NCBI GenBank assembly: GCA_964535655.1
Contig: CAZHTP010000003.1
Location: 65,186-129,185, forward strand
Direction of reading: 5' to 3'
DNA length: 64,000 nt
Source of the DNA: an uncultured Gammaproteobacteria bacterium
GTDB lineage: Bacteria; Patescibacteriota; Microgenomatia; JALYQM01
The number at the start of each line of letters is the position of its first letter. Position 1 is the stretch's first letter. Of this stretch, positions 57,275-64,000 are shown piece by piece. The notes under the pieces were generated by a model, which saw only the letters and a program-made list of their open reading frames with translations, was not told the DNA's origin and made no database searches. The position numbers were made by a program, and so were the translations under genes.

Positions 57275-59296
57275 TTATGTCAATGGTGAATGAACCTTAT
57301 TGATACCAAGGAGTATAGCTTTAATGCGTACTACATCTTTGGCAATTTTTTCGTCTTTCTGAATCTTAAAAGTACCTTTTATCTCACCCGTATTTGTGAC
57401 ATGTGGGCCACCGCAAAATTCTCTTGAGTAGACTGCGTCTCTTTGGGCTATTTCATTCTCTCCCCCAATGGCTCCCCCTACCCTCCCCTCTTTAGGTTGT
57501 GGGCCGATAGTATATACTTTGACAATGTCTGGATACTTCTCACCGAATAGCCCTATTGCACCAACTTTTCGAGCAATCTCAAATGGCATATTCTGAAAAT
57601 ATACTGGAATTTTTTCCTGAATTTTTTGGTTAACCGCATCCTCTACCCTTTTAATTTGCTCAGGAGTCAGTCGTTCGCTTGAAGTAAAATCAAAACGTAA
57701 ACGTTCATTGGTAATATTTGAGCCTCGTTGTACGGCATGCTCACCAACTACATCTCGTAATGCCTGTTGAAGAAGATGGGTCGTTGTGTGGTATTGAATG
57801 GTTTGCTCGGAATGTTCGGCTAAGCCGCCCTTAAACATGCCAGCCGATGAAGATCGGGAAAGATCCTGGTGGGCTTTAAATAGTTGTTCAAATACAGATT
57901 GAATCTCTTGACGACGATCAAGATCGATTTCACCAGGAAATGCTTTTTCGTACTCATCAAGGAATATATCGCTTGGGAGCCCATTGGACTGGTATAAATT
58001 GAAAGCTGCTTTTGCGATATCATTATTTTTTTCAATTTTTAATTTGAGCGTATGCTTTACTTCATCGAGAGCTTTGTCTAGTGTTTTTCTAAACTTGGTC
58101 TCTTCTTCTTCAATTACTCCCAATATGGCAGAGTCTGCTACCTGCGGATATTGCCCTTTATACATGTTCTGAATTATGGGAATAATATCTTGAGTGAAAT
58201 TTTCAGTTAACCCAAGCGTTCGCGCTGCACCAATTGCCCTACGGATAATGCGGCGCATCATGTATCCTTGCGCTTTATTGGAGGGGATAACACCGTCTGA
58301 GGCGAGCATTACTGCGGCCTTTAAATGGTCGGCGATAACACGATAGGCTTTTTGAGACTCACCGTGATACATTTGGTGGGACAATTGTTCGATTTTTAGG
58401 ACAATGGGCCAAAATAAATCAGTAAGGAAAACATCGGAATTATCATATGCTGCGGCAAGCATACGCTCCAATCCTCCCCCGAAATCGATATTTTTATGCT
58501 CGAGCTCTTTTAAGGTACCGTCGTCTTGTTTTACATACTGCATAAAAACTGAATTGCCAATTTCCATGAAGCGACCACAATCACAGTTTACGTGGCAAGG
58601 AAGATCTTTAAATGGAGAATTCTCATGTAGTTTGTGGTGTTCACCAAAATCATAAAAGATTTCAGAGTCGGGTCCACCTGGCTCACCTGATGGCATTTTG
58701 GAAGGAACACCCGCGCGCGACCACCAGTTCTTTTTGGTGCCGTAGCCGAAAATTCTTCCATTTTGCAATCCTTTTTCTGGGGAATTATCAACATACTCCG
58801 CACTGATGCCGTGTTCCTTAAATAAAGCTTTCCAAATATCTATCGCATCGATGTCTGGCCCCAAAGTACTTACCGAACCGTCACTATTACGGATCTGAGC
58901 TGTATCATCCCCCTTACAGACGGTTACGAATAGTTTAGTTGGATCTAGCCCAACTTCTTTAGTTAGAAACTCAAAGATCCACGGTAATTGTTCTTTTTTG
59001 AAATAGTCCCCCAATGACCAATTTCCGAGCATTTCAAAAGCCGTGGTATGGCGATTATCCCCTACTTCTTCGATATCTTCAGCGCGGAAACAGCGCTGAG
59101 AATCAACAATCCGATTACCTTCAGGGTGAGTTTCTCCTAAGAAATAGGATAGCATTGGCTGCATTCCTGAATTTACAAACAGCGTTGTTGGGTCATTTTG
59201 AGGTATGATGGGTGCTGAGGGGACTTTTGCATGATTTTTAGACTGAAAGAATTCAAGATATTTTTTACGGAGATCATTGCCGGTTAGTTGTGACAT
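57275..59296 (-). CDS. alaS: Alanyl-tRNA synthetase, short form lacking the C-Ala domain
   Basis: DPTTLFVNSGMQ, FEMLGNWS.GDYFK, IDFGGGLER and IADH; editing motifs HTTTH and CGGPH. TATAAT lies 6 nt before ATG 59296. Confidence 0.97.
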   Translation of the reverse strand: MSQLTGNDLRKKYLEFFQSKNHAKVPSAPIIPQNDPTTLFVNSGMQPMLSYFLGETHPEGNRIVDSQRCFRAEDIEEVGDNRHTTAFEMLGNWSLGDYFKKEQLPWIFEFLTKEVGLDPTKLFVTVCKGDDTAQIRNSDGSVSTLGPDIDAIDIWKALFKEHGISAEYVDNSPEKGLQNGRIFGYGTKKNWWSRAGVPSKMPSGEPGGPDSEIFYDFGEHHKLHENSPFKDLPCHVNCDCGRFMEIGNSVFMQYVKQDDGTLKELEHKNIDFGGGLERMLAAAYDNSDVFLTDLFWPIVLKIEQLSHQMYHGESQKAYRVIADHLKAAVMLASDGVIPSNKAQGYMMRRIIRRAIGAARTLGLTENFTQDIIPIIQNMYKGQYPQVADSAILGVIEEEETKFRKTLDKALDEVKHTLKLKIEKNNDIAKAAFNLYQSNGLPSDIFLDEYEKAFPGEIDLDRRQEIQSVFEQLFKAHQDLSRSSSAGMFKGGLAEHSEQTIQYHTTTHLLQQALRDVVGEHAVQRGSNITNERLRFDFTSSERLTPEQIKRVEDAVNQKIQEKIPVYFQNMPFEIARKVGAIGLFGEKYPDIVKVYTIGPQPKEGRVGGAIGGENEIAQRDAVYSREFCGGPHVTNTGEIKGTFKIQKDEKIAKDVVRIKAILLGINKVHSPLT

Positions 59297-59321
59297 GATG
59301 GGATTATATCTTGAAGCTGCC

Positions 59322-59534
59322 CTAGGGTAAAGAGTGCTTAATCTGGCGTAAAGTAGACAACAGCATAAGAGCTGACGCATACCAGGTACAGCGTTGGGCA
59401 GTAAAGAGGTTCCCGAATAGGAATAAGAAGCCTGAAAGGATAAATAGGCTCATTGCGGCATGCCAGAAATATTTTCCTTTAAAAATTATGGAAAAGACGA
59501 GTATTACAATAAACAGAAGATCTTGTGGCTTCAT
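59322..59534 (-). CDS. Small membrane protein
   Basis: 70 aa, hydrophobic, FTAQR motif; abuts the upstream gene. Confidence 0.6.
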   Translation of the reverse strand: MKPQDLLFIVILVFSIIFKGKYFWHAAMSLFILSGFLFLFGNLFTAQRCTWYASALMLLSTLRQIKHSLP

Positions 59535-59535
59535 A

Positions 59536-61599
59536 TTACGAACTCCTCACTTTTCTGTTTATATACAACATCCCGGTTATTGTTAATGCAATGATAGTTA
59601 TAGATATTCCTAACCCGATGTCTGCATACCCCTGTCCTGAAAATTGAACTATTGCGCTGCCTGATTTTAGATCAGATGTAGGAAATTCGATTAATCCATT
59701 TTGATCCTGCGTTGCGGAAACTTTATTATTCCCTTGTATTAATTGCCAATGAGGGTCAAAACGTTGAGAGAATTTTAAAGGAAACGGAATATTTTGTAGC
59801 GAAACTGAATAGCTAATTGGATTCTTCATGCTATACACCGTATCCATCTCACTAAAATCATTAGATTGCGTTAATAGTACTCCCTTTTTATTTGTGTGAT
59901 AGATCTTTCCCGCTGGTTGTAACCATCCCACCTGACTTATCTTTTGCTGGTACTGCAGTTTAGTATCTGGGTCGTATTTACGGTCATACATATATACAGT
60001 ATGGTCTACATCGGGAGATACGATAACATAATTGATCGCTAGCTTTTGAAAGATATCTTCTGTATAGGGATCGTCGAGAAAAGAAATTTGGTCAGCTATC
60101 TGATTGTGCAGATCTTCTTTGGTGAATTCTTTTTTATTTGGCAATGGAGCCGTAGTTTTTTGACACAAAGATGGTATACATTCTGGATAATTACGCAGTT
60201 CATTTAAAGATACCGCTGGATGATTGGTATCGTAGTATCCATACATTTCGCGTGAAGGAGTCCATAATACTCTTCCAAATGACTTGTCTGCTTTTAGTGT
60301 TTTCTCAATTTCCTGAAATTCTTGCGGATAGGTGCGATAGGCCAGAGTGCCTCCAATGGAATGAGTGAAGGTCGGCCCCCAAATATAGCTAATACAAATA
60401 ACAACTAAAGATATTAAGATGGCTTTCACTTTATTGCTTAACGTACTTTCGATTAATTCTTTGGCAGTCATTCCTATAAGCACTGAGTAAGCGATACTAA
60501 GTGGTAGAAAAAATTTAGTTGAGTCGCGAAACCAATTAAACATCGGGATATGTTGAAAAGCCCAAACGTAGATTTGCCCTAATGGCTCGTTAGCACCTTT
60601 GGCCAGGAAGGCAGATACTATGGCAACGATGGAAAAATAGAGAGTTAATTTCGCAGGTTTTTTTGTTAGCCAAAAGGCAAGGAGGGGAAGTATTAAGGCA
60701 AGTCCACTAATTTCTTTTACAACACCAAAAAGGTTATCCGGATAGTTGGGATGAGTCCAGGCAATAGCGTGGGCGAACCGACCAAAACTAAAAAACTCTA
60801 CTGACTGAACTGATGCATATCCTACGGGAAGTGAGACACTTTGCACAAGAATTGAAGGAATTATCCAATACGCATGATAGCCTGCAACTATGAGTGTCGT
60901 GATAATTAGTTGTATCAAATATGATATAGAAAGCTTTTTCTTTTGCGAAGACTTGAGCCACATCCCCATATATGCGCCGCTAATAAGTAAAACTGTTAAT
61001 AAGGCCAGACGAGAATCGAAAGAGACGAGGATGGCTGTTGTAAGAGCTGCTATTAACACCCACTTAATTTGAATTGACCATCTAAGATTGTTTTTTTGAA
61101 TTTGAAGTACTTTAAAATAAGTTGCAATTACAAGTGGAGAGAAGCCGTAAGCGAACGCTACACCAAGCTGGCCACCAGATATCAGCATTAGGAAATATGG
61201 ATTAATACAATACAACAGAATTGCGACTGCCCTTCCCCATGGATTTTTAATTTGTTGACGAGATAAGACGGTTATCGAAATAACAGTTGTTATTAGAGCT
61301 GGAAATAAGAAAATTATTTTATGTAAAAGAAAAGGATTAGCTATATAACTTGTAAGAGTATTTGCTATAAAGGCATAATAAAAAAATGGAAGTGTGAAGA
61401 GAATTGTTTGACCAAAGCCATTATTCAAAGAAAAATCCCAAATGTAAGGACGTGAACTATATACTCTAAAATGATCGTAATTAACAAAATTGAAATCTCC
61501 GCCAAGAATGACGGGTGAATATAACCAGCTAGAGAAAACCCAGATCAGCAGAATTACAATTATTAGAGACGGAAGTTTCTTACGAATATTTTCTTTCAT
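59536..61599 (-). CDS. YfhO/AftD-like GT-C membrane protein
   Basis: Many TMs, NPY, FLAKG.NEP.G, FR...KF, RVLW.P and C-terminal FSQRFDPHW plus TM. Confidence 0.65.
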   Translation of the reverse strand: MKENIRKKLPSLIIVILLIWVFSSWLYSPVILGGDFNFVNYDHFRVYSSRPYIWDFSLNNGFGQTILFTLPFFYYAFIANTLTSYIANPFLLHKIIFLFPALITTVISITVLSRQQIKNPWGRAVAILLYCINPYFLMLISGGQLGVAFAYGFSPLVIATYFKVLQIQKNNLRWSIQIKWVLIAALTTAILVSFDSRLALLTVLLISGAYMGMWLKSSQKKKLSISYLIQLIITTLIVAGYHAYWIIPSILVQSVSLPVGYASVQSVEFFSFGRFAHAIAWTHPNYPDNLFGVVKEISGLALILPLLAFWLTKKPAKLTLYFSIVAIVSAFLAKGANEPLGQIYVWAFQHIPMFNWFRDSTKFFLPLSIAYSVLIGMTAKELIESTLSNKVKAILISLVVICISYIWGPTFTHSIGGTLAYRTYPQEFQEIEKTLKADKSFGRVLWTPSREMYGYYDTNHPAVSLNELRNYPECIPSLCQKTTAPLPNKKEFTKEDLHNQIADQISFLDDPYTEDIFQKLAINYVIVSPDVDHTVYMYDRKYDPDTKLQYQQKISQVGWLQPAGKIYHTNKKGVLLTQSNDFSEMDTVYSMKNPISYSVSLQNIPFPLKFSQRFDPHWQLIQGNNKVSATQDQNGLIEFPTSDLKSGSAIVQFSGQGYADIGLGISITIIALTITGMLYINRKVRSS

Positions 61600-61892
61600 T
61601 GATTAGGCTTCTCTACATTTTCTGAACTGATTAAATAATATGTCTGTTGGGCTATTGCTATAATGAAGGTGATCACGACATACCCTGCAAGAAATCCAGC
61701 GACATCATCTTTTTGTATAAGATTTCCGATCAGAGCAACTCCCAGCAAAAATAACCCTAAACGGGCGGTAGTAGTTGATGTGATATTGAATCTCCTTATT
61801 ATTACCAAATAGAGAATTGTAACAAGGATTTGAATTATGTTGATTGCTTGTTTATCAATTATGCTCAAAATTCCTGCTAATATGTCATTCAT
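61596..61892 (-). CDS. Small membrane protein
   Basis: 98 aa, about 3 TM, translationally coupled to both neighbours. Confidence 0.6.
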   Translation of the reverse strand: MNDILAGILSIIDKQAINIIQILVTILYLVIIRRFNITSTTTARLGLFLLGVALIGNLIQKDDVAGFLAGYVVITFIIAIAQQTYYLISSENVEKPNQ

Positions 61893-64000
61893 TATAATTT
61901 TTTCCTAAAAATTATAGCTCCAGCTAATAATATTGAAATTGTAACAATAGTGATTATACTCCCCTTAGTGCGATAATTCTCTGCAGCAAAGGAAATTGTA
62001 ATCAAATAATCTCCTTTTTGATTAATCTCCCACGAATTTGCATATCCATTTGCTATTTGATGTTTTTCGTTGCTTATCTTTTGACCATTGCTTGTAGCTG
62101 TCCATAAGGGGTGAAAAGCTTCGGAAAAAACAAGCACAAAGGGCTCTTGAGCATTTTGCACTTTTACTGAATACCGGGTAGGATTAATTTTAGTAAAATT
62201 AATTTCAGGTAGTGTATTTTCCTGATATTGAGTATTATTTTTTATTGCTACTAACTCAGAATCAAATACTTTTTCTACTCGTAAATTTTTTATGATTATT
62301 TCTGATGAGTTGGTATACAAATCTTTAATTTGTTTGTTTTGACATTTATTCTCCCAAAAAATAACTCTTTTAACTAATTGTTCACAATTGTTCCAGGAAA
62401 CTAAGCTAAAACCTATGCTTGCGCTTCGCGCGCTTGTATTAGGAGAAATTACCTGAGAATAAGATTGCCAATCATAAAACTTTTCCCTGATGGGAAGTGT
62501 TTGATGAAAGGCTGGAGTTACTTGGCCGTCTTTGATGTCGGTATCATTTATAAACTGTAATTCGGGCATAACTCCGGCTCGAAGAAAATAATCAAAACTT
62601 ACTTGATATTTTTCATAGGGATTAAAATTATTTATCGCAAATTCTTTTCTTGCAGATTTTTTACCTGAGTTAAGTACAAAATTGTCTTGGGTTTGAGTTA
62701 TCAGATTGTGGGGAGTGAATTTTGAGATTTTTACTTCGTGTTCACCTTCCTGGAATGTATACTCTCCCAGGTCTATTTGTTTCTTTGTCTGTGCATTAAC
62801 TATGTTTTGTGGTTGACCATCAATTAAGGCTTTTAATGTACTCCCCGTTTCGAAGTTATGATCGATATCGCTGCTGTCTAGAAGTAACTTATATGCTCCG
62901 GAATCTTTAGATTTCATTCTATAGGTGTAATAGTCAGGATCAAATGGATAGGATTGTGTTGAGGCGATAATTTGGCCAAGTTTTTCTTTTAGCAGTTTTA
63001 TTTCGGGCAGTGCAGAATCTGGGATAGCATTAAGTACATAATATTGTCGCAATAGCGCTTCTTTAGCTAAGGTATTTTCCGTAATCCATTTAATGTTTAA
63101 TTTATCTAGGTATTCCTTGTAGTTATCGGCCGCAATCTTAAGAGTTTCTTTATTGGTATTTTTATTTATGAGCGTATTTAACTCAACTAATCTCTTACTG
63201 GACCTATTAACTTGTAAAAAATCTTTATCTTCGGTATTTGCTCCCCACTCTTCTATTCTTTCTTTTAATCGTATTAATAAGTACGACCATTTATCAGGAG
63301 TACTGCGAATTGTTGGTAGTTCACTAAGTGCGTTTTCTTTATTAACTTTTAGAGTGGTATTGCTAGCAAGATCTGCTTTTATTATTGATTGAGATGTTAA
63401 AGATTTAACAACCGATTGATCTTCAGTTTGATGATTAAGAAATATTGTTCCGCTAGAATAGTTTGCGTAGGGTAAGACATCGTTAAAAATATTTTCATTT
63501 TCTGTAAGAATTATCTTATTGCTGGCGTAAACTCGCGGCAAATATTTTTCATCTGAGATTTTGTAAAAATTTAACTGGCCGAACTTTTGATCAGATTCGA
63601 TATACGGAATTTGTTTAGCAAGTGTATTTTCAATATATTTTGGATTAGTAATCTTTCTGTCTATAAAGTTGATATCCTCTCTCCTTAACAAATATTTAGC
63701 ATTTAAAAGCTGCATCATTTGATACAAATTACCCGGATGGGTGAAAAGAATTTGCTCTACCTGATCTGTGATTGGTTTAAAAAACTGGATAGATGTGGAA
63801 AAAGAGATAAAAGGGGTGGTGAATAATCCATTGGAGACTTCTACTCCTGAATATCCCCACAAATAGGTCATCCCTTCCCCACTCATAGGAACAGCGATTG
63901 CTCTAAATGGTCCGGAAGTTTCTTGGTTTTTACTTAGATACTGATTGGCCGTTTTGTAATATTCAGGTACTTGAACGTAGTCATTATAGAAAACGAGTCC
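61892..64000 (-). CDS. YfhO-like large membrane protein (5'-partial)
   Basis: Frame is open to the window end (VQVPEYY..FRAIAVP); KINPTRY.V, LVFSEAFHPLW, H..ANGYANSW and a terminal TM. Confidence 0.7.
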   Translation of the reverse strand, partial: GLVFYNDYVQVPEYYKTANQYLSKNQETSGPFRAIAVPMSGEGMTYLWGYSGVEVSNGLFTTPFISFSTSIQFFKPITDQVEQILFTHPGNLYQMMQLLNAKYLLRREDINFIDRKITNPKYIENTLAKQIPYIESDQKFGQLNFYKISDEKYLPRVYASNKIILTENENIFNDVLPYANYSSGTIFLNHQTEDQSVVKSLTSQSIIKADLASNTTLKVNKENALSELPTIRSTPDKWSYLLIRLKERIEEWGANTEDKDFLQVNRSSKRLVELNTLINKNTNKETLKIAADNYKEYLDKLNIKWITENTLAKEALLRQYYVLNAIPDSALPEIKLLKEKLGQIIASTQSYPFDPDYYTYRMKSKDSGAYKLLLDSSDIDHNFETGSTLKALIDGQPQNIVNAQTKKQIDLGEYTFQEGEHEVKISKFTPHNLITQTQDNFVLNSGKKSARKEFAINNFNPYEKYQVSFDYFLRAGVMPELQFINDTDIKDGQVTPAFHQTLPIREKFYDWQSYSQVISPNTSARSASIGFSLVSWNNCEQLVKRVIFWENKCQNKQIKDLYTNSSEIIIKNLRVEKVFDSELVAIKNNTQYQENTLPEINFTKINPTRYSVKVQNAQEPFVLVFSEAFHPLWTATSNGQKISNEKHQIANGYANSWEINQKGDYLITISFAAENYRTKGSIITIVTISILLAGAIIFRKKL

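Noticed and set aside
1-64000. CRISPR array, tRNA/rRNA, IS element, reverse transcriptase or DGR
   Set aside because: By eye I found no spaced direct repeats, cloverleafs, transposase or RT motifs, and intergenic gaps are short. A tRNAscan/Infernal run would be needed to exclude small RNAs formally.

Overview
Gene-dense, AT-rich bacterial chromosome segment read with the standard genetic code. The gene content and style suggest Patescibacteria/CPR, Microgenomates-like (inference): a C-terminally shortened AlaRS, a baseplate-J-like membrane protein beside mltG, many Pro/Ser/Thr-rich and GT-C surface proteins, and few Shine-Dalgarno sites. Core genes are rpoB-rpoC, lysS, alaS, murF-ddl-pgeF, mltG, engB, mscL, hsp20 (with a CIRCE operator) and a HelD-like helicase. 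I found no rRNA, tRNA, CRISPR array or transposase. Main points of interest: (1) a six-gene cluster, GT4 / (alpha/alpha)-barrel / GT4 / DUF1861(GT108-like) / GH130-like / ABC exporter, that looks like a beta-mannoside synthesis, turnover and possibly export system; (2) a lysyl-tRNA synthetase fused to a complete B3/B4 editing-type domain; (3) a sigma-like protein with about four tandem region-4-like HTH units behind a structured leader; (4) an RpoB rifamycin pocket with several natural substitutions; (5) at least 12 promoters positioned for leaderless mRNAs; (6) several decaying or frameshifted genes (mpg, an alr remnant, 5'-truncated pgeF, helD, two ABC ATPases). All family calls come from motif recognition by eye; no database search was run.
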